A stretch of DNA of 64,000 nucleotides from Candidatus Tenderia sp. (GTDB lineage: Bacteria > Pseudomonadota > Gammaproteobacteria > Tenderiales > Tenderiaceae). Each line of letters begins with the position of its first letter. Within the stretch, counting starts at the first letter, position 1. Positions 30,281-39,400 of this stretch are shown piece after piece. A program made the position numbers and the translations under genes. Where the stretch lies: positions 32,001 through 96,000 of the forward strand of contig JANOSY010000014.1 of assembly GCA_031416075.1 (NCBI GenBank), read 5' to 3'. The notes beneath the pieces are model-generated. The model was not told the origin of the DNA and did no database searches. It saw only the letters and a program-made list of their open reading frames with translations.

Positions 30281-30747
30281 TGGCGGATAAAAAAATCGCT
30301 ATTATCGCCACCAAAGGCGCTCTGGACTGGGCCTATCCGCCCTTTATCCTGGCCTCAACCGCAGCGGCGCTGGGTTATGACGCCCGTATCTTCTTTACTT
30401 TTTACGGCCTGCAACTGCTGCGTAAGGAGCTGGATCTTCAGGTCACTTCGCTTGGTAATCCTGGCATGCCGATGCCGATTCCCATGCCGGTGATCCTTCA
30501 GGCAATGCCCGGTATGCAGGGCATGATGACCATGATGATGAAAAAAAAGATGAAATCCAAAGGGGTAGCAAGTATCGAACAGCTGCGTGAGATTAGTATG
30601 GAGTGTGGTGTGAAGATGATCGGCTGCCAGATGACGGTTGATCTGTTTGATTTTGCCAAAGAGGATTTTATCGAAGGTGTTGAGTATGCCGGTGCCGCCT
30701 CTTTTCTGGAGTTTGCAGGCAGTGCTGATATCACGCTGTATGTGTGA
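30280..30747 (+). CDS. dsrE2: DsrE2 (DsrE/DsrF/DrsH-like) sulfurtransferase
   Basis: DWAYPPFILASTAAALG, FFTFYGL, Met/Pro-rich segment, GCQMT; translationally coupled to tusA. Confidence 0.88.
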   Translation: MADKKIAIIATKGALDWAYPPFILASTAAALGYDARIFFTFYGLQLLRKELDLQVTSLGNPGMPMPIPMPVILQAMPGMQGMMTMMMKKKMKSKGVASIEQLREISMECGVKMIGCQMTVDLFDFAKEDFIEGVEYAGAASFLEFAGSADITLYV

Positions 30748-30811
30748 TGAGTCTGTTGGTGGCCTTAAGTGTGAGCGCTGGACCCCCGCAAGGGGGTTTT
30801 TAAAGGGTTGA

Positions 30812-30833
30812 TATATTAGAGATTGCTAATATA
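30812..30833. promoter_or_regulatory. Perfect 8-6-8 inverted repeat, candidate repressor operator upstream of the RND operon
   Basis: TATATTAG-AGATTG-CTAATATA. Confidence 0.6.
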
Positions 30834-30881
30834 ATGATTGACAACATTGGCTGATATCGTATGAAGGCAAGGGGGCTCAGT

Positions 30882-31910
30882 ATGAATAGTGGTTTATATC
30901 GGTGGTGGTTTGGAGTGATTTTGGTCGTAATATCTGCCACGGGCGCTGCCGAGCTGGCATCTGTGACGGTGCAAAAGCAGGCAGTGCCGCAGCAGCGGCT
31001 GTTTGATGGGGTGATTGAGGCGGTCAACCAGTCAACGGTCTCAGCCCAGACCAGTGGTCGTGTCACCGAGATCAACTTTGATGTTGATGATGTTGTGCCC
31101 AAGGGGGCGGTGATCCTGCGCATCCGTGATACCGAACAGCGTTCCCGTTCGCAGCAGTCCCAAGCTGGATTGAACGAGGCCGAGGCGCGTTACAAAGAGG
31201 CCGAGGCGGAGCACAGCCGTATTAAAGAGATCTATGCCCAGCGGTTGGTGGCGAAGTCTGATCTGGACCGCGCCGAGGCTGCCTTCAATGCCGCCAAGGC
31301 GCGGCTGGAGCAGGCCAAGGCGCGAGTAAGAGAGACTCAGGAGCAGCAGGGTTACACTGTGATTCGCGCCCCCTACAGTGGTGTGCTCACCAAACGTTTT
31401 GTTGAGTTGGGTGAGAGTGTTACCGCCGGTCAACCGTTGGTGGCGGGAATGTCACTGGAGCAGCTGCGTGCCGCCGTGAGTGTGCCGCAATCCTTCGTCA
31501 AGGCGATGCGCGCCCACGGCAAGGCGACCGTTGAGCTGCCCGGCGGCGAGCGTGTCAACGCCACCTCCATGCGTATCTTCCCCTACGCCGATGAGAACAG
31601 CCATGCAGTGAATGTCCGCGTCAATCTGCCTGTCGGCGATTTCGGCATTTATCCCGGTATGTTTGTGAAGGTTGGCTTTGTCACTGGCGAGCAAGAGGGG
31701 CTGCTCATTCCGGCGGTGGTGGTGGTCCACCGCAGCGAGCTGACGGCGGTCTATGTCGTCAACAAGGATGGCCGCGTCAGCTTCAGACAGCTGCGCCTGG
31801 GCGAGGTCAGCGGCGACCAGGTCGAGGTGCTGGCCGGTCTGGAGAGTGGCGAAAAGGTGGCGCGCGATCCGATCGCTGCCGGGATTGCACTGAAGCAGCA
31901 GGCCCGCTGA
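30882..31910 (+). CDS. RND efflux periplasmic adaptor (MFP)
   Basis: VSAQTSGRV lipoyl half, coiled hairpin, IRAPYSG, PGMFV, VLAGLESGE. Confidence 0.92.
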   Translation: MNSGLYRWWFGVILVVISATGAAELASVTVQKQAVPQQRLFDGVIEAVNQSTVSAQTSGRVTEINFDVDDVVPKGAVILRIRDTEQRSRSQQSQAGLNEAEARYKEAEAEHSRIKEIYAQRLVAKSDLDRAEAAFNAAKARLEQAKARVRETQEQQGYTVIRAPYSGVLTKRFVELGESVTAGQPLVAGMSLEQLRAAVSVPQSFVKAMRAHGKATVELPGGERVNATSMRIFPYADENSHAVNVRVNLPVGDFGIYPGMFVKVGFVTGEQEGLLIPAVVVVHRSELTAVYVVNKDGRVSFRQLRLGEVSGDQVEVLAGLESGEKVARDPIAAGIALKQQAR

Positions 31911-31911
31911 G

Positions 31912-34900
31912 ATGAGTGACGCACGGTTGGGCATCTCTGGCACCATCGCTAAGAAGTTTTTGCGTAGCGAGATCACGCCGCTGCTGGCTCTGGTCGGCAT
32001 CCTGATGGGTATCTTTGCGGTGTTGGTCACCCCGCGCGAGGAGGAGCCGCAGATCGATGTCACCTTCGCCAACATCTTCATCCCTTACCCCGGCGCCACG
32101 GCGGTGGAGGTGGAGAACCTTGTTAGCACCCCGGCCGAACAGGTGCTCTCCGAGATCAAGGGGGTGGAGCATGTCTACTCGGTGTCGCGCCCCGGCATGT
32201 CGATCCTCACCGTGCAGTTTTTGGTGGGCGAGCAGCGCACCCCGAGCATCGTCAACCTCTACAACCAGATCTACTCCAACCAGGATTGGCTGCCACAGAA
32301 TCTCGGTGTCGGTCAGCCGATCATCAAACCCAAAGGGATCGACGATGTGCCCATCGTCAGCCTGACGCTCTGGAGTGAGGATCAGCAGAAAGGTAGTCTT
32401 GAGTTGCAACAGGTGGCCCATGCCCTTGAAGCCGAGTTGAAACGGGTCAAGGGTACCCGCGACATCTACACCATCGGCGGCCCCGACCAGGTGGTCCATC
32501 TGCTGCTCGACCCGCAGCGCATGGCCGGTTATAACATCAGCTTTGATGAGCTACGTGCTTCGCTGATGGCGGCCAACTCGACCCGTGAGGCGGGCAAACT
32601 AGTCGCCAATAACAGTGAGATCGAGGTTCAGGCCGGCACTTTTCTCACCAGCCCGGAGCAGGTGGCGCAGCTGATTGTTGGCATGCACAACGGCAGACCA
32701 GTCTATCTGCAGGATGTCGCCAAGGTGACACGTGGTGCCGATCAGCCGGAGCAGTTTGTCTGGTTTGGCACCGGTCCTGCCACCACTCAAACAGTGAAGG
32801 GAGAGTTCCCAGCGGTGACCATCGCTATCGCCAAACAGCCGGGCACCAACGCTGCCACTATTGCTGATCAGGTGATCGAACGTATCGAACAGCTGCGTGG
32901 CACCTTTATCCCCGATGGCGTCAACGTCACGGTAACCCGCAACTACGGCCAGACCGCTACCGACAAGGCGATGACGTTGATCAAAAAGCTGATCTTTGCC
33001 ACCTCTGCTGTTGTCTTGCTGGTCTTCTTTGCCTTGGGCAAACGCGAGGCATTTATCGTCGGTTCAGCAGTGGTGATTACACTCACCATCACACTCTTCG
33101 CCTCGTGGGCGTGGGGCTTTACGTTGAATCGTGTTTCGCTGTTTGCGCTGATCTTCTCCATCGGCATCCTGGTGGATGACGCCATCGTGGTGGTGGAGAA
33201 CATCCACCGTCACATGCAGATGGGCAAGACCAATCTGCTCGAAGCGATTCCGGTGGCAGTGGATGAGGTCGGTGGTCCGACCATTCTCGCCACCTTCACC
33301 GTCATCGCCGCACTGTTGCCGATGGCCTTTGTCAGTGGTCTGATGGGACCGTACATGAGTCCCATCCCGATCAATGCCAGCATGGGCATGCTCATCTCGC
33401 TGGCGGTGGCGTTTGTTGTCACGCCGTGGCTCACTTATGCCGTCTTCAAGAAGCACGATCACTCCCCCCTTTCTCAAAGGGGGGCGGGGGGGGATTTAGT
33501 GGGTGGCACTGACTCGCAAATCCCCCCCAACCCCCCTTTTTCAAAGGGGGGGGCTGAGGGAGAGGGGGGGCTTCATCGTTTCTTCCATCGCATCATGGAC
33601 CCGCTGCTGCAAGGCGATGGTGGCCGCAAGCCACGCTGGCTGCTGTTTGGCGGCATCATGGTACTGATCCTGCTGGCGGTGAGCCTCGCCGGTTTCAAAC
33701 TGGTGGTCATGAAGATGCTCCCCTTCGACAATAAATCTGAATTCCAGATTGTGGTCGACATGCCAGAGGGGGCGAGCATCGAACAGACCAATCGCGTGTT
33801 GCAGGCGCTGGCGGTGCACATCGCCACTGTGCCCGAAGTAACCGACTACCAGATCTACGCCGGTACCGCCGCGCCGATCAATTTCAATGGTCTGGTGCGT
33901 CAGTACTATCTGCGCAGCGGTGCCAATGTCGGTGATATCCAGGTTAATCTGGTCGACAAACATGCGCGTGATCGCAAGAGCCACGAAATCGCCAGCTCGG
34001 TGCGCGCCAGGTTGCAGGAGATTGGTCGTCCGTTTGGTGCCAACGTCAAAGTGGTTGAAGTACCGCCCGGTCCGCCGGTGCAGTCACCACTGGTGGCGGA
34101 GATCTATGGTCTCGATTATGTCGGGCAGATTGCCGTTGCCAAACAGGTGCGTAACCTCTTCGAAAAGACTGCTGAGGTGGTGGATGTGGATGACAGTGTC
34201 GAACACCCTGCCCAGCGCCTGATCATGCAGGTCGATCGCCAGCGTGCTGCCCTGCTCGGCGTGGCGCAGGAGACGGTGGTGGCGACCCTGGCCGCAGCGC
34301 TGGGGGGTGAGGATATCGGCTATCTGCACGGCACTACCGTGAAGTATCCGTTGCCATTACGCATTGAACTGCCGGTGGCCAACAAGGCCGACGTGCAGCA
34401 GCTGCTTGATCTTAAGGTGCGGGGCCATAAGGGGCTGGTGCGGCTCTCTGAGATTGTCACCATCGAGCAGAGTCGCATTGAGTACAGCATCTATCATAAG
34501 GATCTGTTGCCGGTCGTTTTTGTCACCGCCGACGTGGCGGGTCATACCGACAGCCCGCTCTACGGCATGTTTGATATCTTCAGCCAGTTGAAAGAGACAC
34601 CGATCAATGGCGAGCGGGTGCAGCAGACCTTGATCAGCCAGCCGGAAAACCCCTATCTCTACAGCCTTAAGTGGGATGGTGAGTGGCAGGTCACCTACGA
34701 GACCTTCCGCGACATGGGCATCGCCTATGGCGTCGGTATGATCCTGATCTACCTGCTGGTGGTGGCGCAGTTCCGTTCTTATCTGGTGCCGATCATCATC
34801 ATGGCGCCGATACCGCTGACGATTATTGGCGTTATGCCCGGCCATGCGCTGCTGGGCGCCAACTTTACCGCCACCTCGATGATCGGCATGATCGCGCTGG

Positions 34901-35187
34901 CGGGCATCATCGTTCGTAATTCGATCCTGCTGGTGGACTTCATTAATCAGCAGCTCAGGGAAGGAATGGCGTTTGAAGAGGCGGTGATCCGCGCGGCGGC
35001 AGTGCGCGCCAAGCCCATCATCCTCACCGGGCTGGCAGCGATGATCGGAGCCTTCTTTATCCTTGATGACCCAATCTTTAACGGCCTGGCGATCTCAATG
35101 ATCTTTGGCATCCTGGTCTCCACCCTGCTGACGCTGGTGGTGATTCCGGTGATGTTTTACGCTTTTATGCGTAAACGCATGACTTAG
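31912..35187 (+). CDS. RND efflux transporter permease (AcrB/CzcA superfamily)
   Basis: TPREEEPQIDV, GILVDDAIVVVENI, LAGIIVRNSILLVDF, RAKPIILT. Confidence 0.95.
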   Translation: MSDARLGISGTIAKKFLRSEITPLLALVGILMGIFAVLVTPREEEPQIDVTFANIFIPYPGATAVEVENLVSTPAEQVLSEIKGVEHVYSVSRPGMSILTVQFLVGEQRTPSIVNLYNQIYSNQDWLPQNLGVGQPIIKPKGIDDVPIVSLTLWSEDQQKGSLELQQVAHALEAELKRVKGTRDIYTIGGPDQVVHLLLDPQRMAGYNISFDELRASLMAANSTREAGKLVANNSEIEVQAGTFLTSPEQVAQLIVGMHNGRPVYLQDVAKVTRGADQPEQFVWFGTGPATTQTVKGEFPAVTIAIAKQPGTNAATIADQVIERIEQLRGTFIPDGVNVTVTRNYGQTATDKAMTLIKKLIFATSAVVLLVFFALGKREAFIVGSAVVITLTITLFASWAWGFTLNRVSLFALIFSIGILVDDAIVVVENIHRHMQMGKTNLLEAIPVAVDEVGGPTILATFTVIAALLPMAFVSGLMGPYMSPIPINASMGMLISLAVAFVVTPWLTYAVFKKHDHSPLSQRGAGGDLVGGTDSQIPPNPPFSKGGAEGEGGLHRFFHRIMDPLLQGDGGRKPRWLLFGGIMVLILLAVSLAGFKLVVMKMLPFDNKSEFQIVVDMPEGASIEQTNRVLQALAVHIATVPEVTDYQIYAGTAAPINFNGLVRQYYLRSGANVGDIQVNLVDKHARDRKSHEIASSVRARLQEIGRPFGANVKVVEVPPGPPVQSPLVAEIYGLDYVGQIAVAKQVRNLFEKTAEVVDVDDSVEHPAQRLIMQVDRQRAALLGVAQETVVATLAAALGGEDIGYLHGTTVKYPLPLRIELPVANKADVQQLLDLKVRGHKGLVRLSEIVTIEQSRIEYSIYHKDLLPVVFVTADVAGHTDSPLYGMFDIFSQLKETPINGERVQQTLISQPENPYLYSLKWDGEWQVTYETFRDMGIAYGVGMILIYLLVVAQFRSYLVPIIIMAPIPLTIIGVMPGHALLGANFTATSMIGMIALAGIIVRNSILLVDFINQQLREGMAFEEAVIRAAAVRAKPIILTGLAAMIGAFFILDDPIFNGLAISMIFGILVSTLLTLVVIPVMFYAFMRKRMT
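33462..33553. repeat. Composite palindromic (REP-like doublet) element inserted in frame in the RND gene
   Basis: CCCCCCTTTCTCAAAGGGGGGCGGGGGGGGATTT ... AAATCCCCCCCAACCCCCCTTTTTCAAAGGGGGGG: two inverted arms, each itself palindromic. Confidence 0.8.
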
Positions 35188-35203
35188 AAAAGCTGATCGA
35201 CGC

Positions 35204-35240
35204 CTCCGTTCGTGGTGAGCCTGTCGAACCATGAACGGAG
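35204..35240. repeat. Extragenic palindrome (REP-like) between convergent genes
   Basis: CTCCGTTCGTGGT-GAGCCTGTCGA-ACCATGAACGGAG. Confidence 0.7.
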
Positions 35241-35260
35241 TAGTCAATCAGTGGATGCCT

Positions 35261-36022
35261 TTAGCGCCGTTTTCTGGCGCGGCCTTTAAGGCTGCGCCAG
35301 AGGCCGGTGAGTGCCAGCAGCACCATGGCTACGGCCGCACCATCCATCACATAGGGGCCCCATTGGCCAAAGAGTCGGCCGCTGTGCAGGTCGAGCAGTA
35401 CCCGTTCGTAATCGAGTGTCTGTTGGCGATAGTTTGAGAGCAGGCTTTCGCTGTAGGTGGCATCCACCTGGCTGGCTTGTGACCACTGGATGTTCAGGTG
35501 CGGGTCTGCCGCCTGCCAGCGGAGCAACTCCTGGTCGGCCACCACAATCTGTGCTCCCTGACGGATCGCGACGTTGCCGTCAGCATCGCTGCCAATGGCG
35601 TCGATCTTATCCATGCCTTGTGGCAGGGTGTCGAGCCGTTCCACCAGTTCACCTTCGTGGGAAAGCAGCAGCAGAGTGTTGCTGAGGGCAACTATCGTCA
35701 GCTGCTCATTACTGGTGATGCCGATCAGCGGCTGTTTACTGCTTAACAGCGGCTGGCTGTTGAAGTAGAGCTGTTCGCCAAGCTGACTGACGCGGTGGCT
35801 GCCACTCTCGAAGTGGCTGATCTGGTCGGGCATGTCGATGCCATACCACTGCAACAGCAGGCTGGAATCGACCTGGCGTTGGTCCAGTTTCAGGGTATCG
35901 GTATGGTTGAGCAGCAGACCGCTTACCGCCAGTACCATAATAAAGAGCGCTGCCCCGATGCCAACGCGGCGGTGCAGTGAGGCGGGGCGCAGCTGCGCCC
36001 GGAAAGGGGGGCGGCGTCTCAT
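35261..36022 (-). CDS. PepSY-associated TM helix membrane protein (putative ferric reductase subunit)
   Basis: LHRRVG...SGLLLNH at the N-terminus; DLHSGRLFG plus a TM helix at the C-terminus. Confidence 0.8.
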   Translation of the reverse strand: MRRRPPFRAQLRPASLHRRVGIGAALFIMVLAVSGLLLNHTDTLKLDQRQVDSSLLLQWYGIDMPDQISHFESGSHRVSQLGEQLYFNSQPLLSSKQPLIGITSNEQLTIVALSNTLLLLSHEGELVERLDTLPQGMDKIDAIGSDADGNVAIRQGAQIVVADQELLRWQAADPHLNIQWSQASQVDATYSESLLSNYRQQTLDYERVLLDLHSGRLFGQWGPYVMDGAAVAMVLLALTGLWRSLKGRARKRR

Positions 36023-36561
36023 GGCCGGTTGATCACCTGTTGATGGAACAGCAGCGCCAGACGCGCTAGACGGGTGGCGGCCCGGACGGAGAGTGTGGCG
36101 CCGGAGATGCCATCAACCGTGCTACTCAGTTGGCCGTCTCTATCCAACGTAAGCTTGTCGAACTGGCGGGTGAAAAAGGGGTGGTGGATTTCGCTGCCAC
36201 GGCTCTCCCGAAAGATCAGCACTTCCAGTGCCTCGATGGCGTCCGCGTTGACTACGATGCCGAGTGTGATCGGCTGTTCCTTGCCGATCTCCTCCAGTAC
36301 CCAGACGCTACGCTGCTGCTGACGCCAATAACGTAGCCGTAGTGCTGGATAGTCATGGCCGAGAATGGCGTTTACCGATTTTTGCAGCTCTTTATCCAGC
36401 CATAGCAGTTTTGGTGCGGGTGGCTGGTTGGCAAAGCTCTGTTGAATGAAGTCGGCGGGTGGCAGATAGGTGCCGCGTGCCGTCGCTGGCGTGGCGGCAA
36501 GCAGCCACGCCAGGGCGAGCAACAGCATCGCCAGTGATGATTTTGGTGACACTGTCGGCAT
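36019..36561 (-). CDS. FMN-binding (flavinylated) periplasmic protein
   Basis: Signal peptide, IGKEQPIT, FRESRGSEI, VDGISGATLS ([S/T]GAT flavinylation motif). Confidence 0.85.
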   Translation of the reverse strand: MPTVSPKSSLAMLLLALAWLLAATPATARGTYLPPADFIQQSFANQPPAPKLLWLDKELQKSVNAILGHDYPALRLRYWRQQQRSVWVLEEIGKEQPITLGIVVNADAIEALEVLIFRESRGSEIHHPFFTRQFDKLTLDRDGQLSSTVDGISGATLSVRAATRLARLALLFHQQVINRP

Positions 36562-37688
36562 CAGAACTGGTAGCCAAGGCCCAGGTTAAAACCATCATTG
36601 CCTATGGTGCCGTGCTGGTTTTGAAGATCGGCCTTGACCACCACGCTGGGGTGGGGCCAGTAATTAATGCCGATGTCGGTCTGTTTCTGGACGCTCTCAC
36701 TGCTATCGCCGGCCTCGTTATCCCAAGCGTTGTAGCGGGCAAATACCCCCCACTGTTCCGAGAGTTTGTAGGAGGGTTCGACATACCAGCCGCTCTGTTT
36801 ATTGCGGCCAATTGCCTTGGCGGCACTGCTGTCGATATCCCAGGCAGCGTAGAGGGCACGCAGACCAAAGGGTCCCTGCTGGATGACTGCATGGGCCTCC
36901 AGTAGGGTGGCGCTGGCTTTTGTTGTGGTGCCCTGGGTGATGTCGTCCTGCTGCTGCGCCGTCACTCCAATCTGTGTGCCAGCCTGTGGTTGCCATTGCA
37001 GGCGGGCGGTAACGGCCAGCGCTTCAGCGGGCGCTGATGCCACCTTCTGACGGCCATCGCGAATCTTGTAGGCCTTGCTGCCGCTGGTCGGCACACTCAG
37101 GCCGGAGGTGACAGAGACGTCATAACTCCAGGCTGGGGCGGGTTTGCCCGAAATCATCGCGCCGCCTTCCCACCAAGTGGTAGGGATGATGTTCTTCTCA
37201 ACCGGGTTGCGCTCAACACCATAGAAAGTGGCGGGTTCGTGGGTCTCGTTGATAATGCCAACAGGCAGCAGGAAGAGACCGCCAGTGACAGCCAGATTGT
37301 TATTGATGTCAAACTGGATGGCGGCCTGTTCCAGTTCTACCTCGCCGGGTTTGCCTTCGCCGCTCAGTGAGTGTTCCAGCTCCAGCTCTGAGAAGAAGCG
37401 CAGGCGGTCAGAAAACTCATGGTTGAAAAACAGCACAAAGCGGTGGAAGTCGATCTCTTTGCTACTGTCGAGGTTGTTGTAGTGCAGCTCACCGTAACCG
37501 CCGATGGAGGTGGCACTCTGGCCCGAACCCTTTTGCATCAGGCCATCCACACTGCTGCTGGTCTGTTCGAGTTGTAATTGCAGGGTTTTGAGCTGTTGTT
37601 GCAGTGACTCGATATCAGTATTGGCCAACGCCGGGGTGCTGAGCAGGGCGGTAATCATGCTGATGACTAAGGGTTTTTTCTTGAACAC
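36561..37688 (-). CDS. Outer membrane porin with N-terminal coiled coil
   Basis: GTG 37688 preceded by AGGAG; signal peptide; IGGYGELHYN, DFHRFVLF, SELELEH; terminal LGYQF. Confidence 0.82.
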   Translation of the reverse strand: MFKKKPLVISMITALLSTPALANTDIESLQQQLKTLQLQLEQTSSSVDGLMQKGSGQSATSIGGYGELHYNNLDSSKEIDFHRFVLFFNHEFSDRLRFFSELELEHSLSGEGKPGEVELEQAAIQFDINNNLAVTGGLFLLPVGIINETHEPATFYGVERNPVEKNIIPTTWWEGGAMISGKPAPAWSYDVSVTSGLSVPTSGSKAYKIRDGRQKVASAPAEALAVTARLQWQPQAGTQIGVTAQQQDDITQGTTTKASATLLEAHAVIQQGPFGLRALYAAWDIDSSAAKAIGRNKQSGWYVEPSYKLSEQWGVFARYNAWDNEAGDSSESVQKQTDIGINYWPHPSVVVKADLQNQHGTIGNDGFNLGLGYQF

Positions 37689-37706
37689 GGGAAAGCTCCT
37701 ATCTTT

Positions 37707-37725
37707 GTTAATGAGAATCATTATT
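37707..37725. promoter_or_regulatory. Fur box 1
   Basis: GTTAATGAGAATCATTATT versus consensus GATAATGATAATCATTATC. Confidence 0.75.
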
Positions 37726-37767
37726 GATTGATGCTTATGTTACAAGGCGAGACATTAGGATACAAGT

Positions 37768-37786
37768 GATAATTATTGTTATTTGC
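37768..37786. promoter_or_regulatory. Fur box 2 (weaker)
   Basis: GATAATTATTGTTATTTGC (reverse complement GCAAATAACAATAATTATC). Confidence 0.55.
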
Positions 37787-37823
37787 ATTTAGATTTAATA
37801 GATGACAAATATTTAATATGAAT

Positions 37824-37883
37824 ATTCTTGACCTCAAGTTTTTATGAAACTATCTTTTCAAAAAGTATCTTCATATAAAGATA
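37824..37883. promoter_or_regulatory. Three CTT-N6-AAG palindromes, candidate MarR (PecS-type) operators
   Basis: ATTCTTGACCTCAAGTTT (37824), TATCTTTTCAAAAAGTAT (37851) and TATCTTCATATAAAGATA (37866), upstream of the EamA gene. Confidence 0.6.
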
Positions 37884-38006
37884 ATTTTTCTCTGCAAATT
37901 AGGCTGATTTATAACGTTTTGACGATGATGTTTTTTTACAAGGATGGGTGGCTATGGATGGTTTTGTTCTAAGTAACGATGGCTCTATAGTTGTTGGGCC
38001 TCTGTT

Positions 38007-38909
38007 ATGAAGACTCATGGAACGGTGGAGGATCTTTTATTGACGGCCCTTGCCCCTATTGTTTGGGGCAGCACTTACGTGGTGACAACGGAGCTATTGC
38101 CGCCTGATAGCCCGTTGTGGGCGGCGGTCATCAGGGCATTGCCTGCGGGCATCATTCTGCTCCTGTTTCACCCTAAATTGCCGCAAGGGGGCTGGTGGTT
38201 TAAGGGCGTGCTGTTGGGGGGGCTGAATATTGGGGCATTTTTCTATTTTCTGTTTGTTGCGGCGTATCTGCTCCCCGGCGGTGTTGCCGCCCTTGTGATG
38301 TCGTGTCAGCCCTTGGTGGTTCTACTGCTTGGGTTGTTGCTGTTGCGTCAGCAGATCAAGGTGTCTCAAGTCGTGGCGTGTGTGCTGGCAATGGTGGGTA
38401 TTGCACTGCTGGTATTACAGCTCTCTGTTAAGTTGAATATGTTAGGCATTTTGGCGGGACTGGCGGGGGCAATTAGCATGGCAGCCGGGATTGTCTTAAC
38501 CAAACGCTGGGGGCGTTCTGAAGGGGTGTCGATAGTGACATTTACGGGTTGGCAGCTCACTGCCGGGGGTCTTATGCTCGTTCCTGTAGCGTTAATGACG
38601 GAACCCTTTCCTGCCCCGTTCACCGTGGCCAACTGGATTGGTTTTGGTTACTTGAGCTTGGTGGGCACGCTGTTGGCGTATATGATCTGGTTCAGGGGGA
38701 TTGGTCGATTGCCTGCGGTCACCGTTTCGTTTTTGGCGCTGTTTAGCCCTTTGGCTGCGGCGGTGTTGGGGTTTGCTATTTTGGGTGAAGGTTTTACCTA
38801 TCTGCAGATGTTGGGCGGGGTCGTGATTGTGATATCCATTGTATTGGCCCAGTGGATAAAAACAGAGGTGGCGGTTGCAAGATCTGATGGTACGGATGTC
38901 AGACGTTAA
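38007..38909 (+). CDS. EamA/DMT transporter, PecM-like
   Basis: TALAPIVWGSTYVVTTELLPP..PLW..RALPAG, AYLLPGGVAA, FTGWQLTAGG; 10 TM. Confidence 0.88.
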   Translation: MKTHGTVEDLLLTALAPIVWGSTYVVTTELLPPDSPLWAAVIRALPAGIILLLFHPKLPQGGWWFKGVLLGGLNIGAFFYFLFVAAYLLPGGVAALVMSCQPLVVLLLGLLLLRQQIKVSQVVACVLAMVGIALLVLQLSVKLNMLGILAGLAGAISMAAGIVLTKRWGRSEGVSIVTFTGWQLTAGGLMLVPVALMTEPFPAPFTVANWIGFGYLSLVGTLLAYMIWFRGIGRLPAVTVSFLALFSPLAAAVLGFAILGEGFTYLQMLGGVVIVISIVLAQWIKTEVAVARSDGTDVRR

Positions 38910-39400
38910 TTTTGTGAGTGTTGAAGCAACAGTTTTTTCAGTAGTCCGGCGATGGTCTCTTGTTCGTCTTTGGATAGCCCGCTTAATAGCTCACTGCCCT
39001 TGTTGACGTGATGTGAAATCATAATATTGATTAAATCCAGCCCCTCGGGTGTCAACGACACAATAATGCTGCGGCGGTCGGTTGAATCTGGTGTGCGTTG
39101 CACCAGGTTTTTTGACTCGAGCCGGTCAATTCGGTTGGTCATGGCCCCTGAAGAGAGCATTAGGCTTTTGAACAGGTTGTTGGGCATTAGCGCATACGGT
39201 TTGCCGGAACGTAACAGGGTGGCGAGTACATCAAACTCACCCATGTTGAGTTCATATTGTGAGAAAACCTGCTGTAGCTCGTTGCTGATGATGGCATTTA
39301 GGCGTACCAGTCGCCCGATAACGGCCATCGGTGAAGGATCGATATCCGGTCGTTCGTCATGCCACTGCTCTATTACTAAATCTACGTGATCTTTTGTCAT
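38906..39400 (-). CDS. MarR-family regulator, PecS/UrtR-like
   Basis: DHVD..EQWHDERPD, EFDVLATLLRSG, SSGAMTNRIDRLE, DRRS. Confidence 0.88.
   Translation of the reverse strand: MTKDHVDLVIEQWHDERPDIDPSPMAVIGRLVRLNAIISNELQQVFSQYELNMGEFDVLATLLRSGKPYALMPNNLFKSLMLSSGAMTNRIDRLESKNLVQRTPDSTDRRSIIVSLTPEGLDLINIMISHHVNKGSELLSGLSKDEQETIAGLLKKLLLQHSQN

Noticed and set aside
30460-30560. Met-rich stretch of DsrE2 as a novel copper-binding motif
   Set aside because: Met/Pro-rich segments are typical of DsrE2 proteins.
37689-37721. ORF-track N-terminal extension of the porin
   Set aside because: That ATG lies inside the Fur box; GTG 37688 has a proper AGGAG and yields a normal signal peptide.
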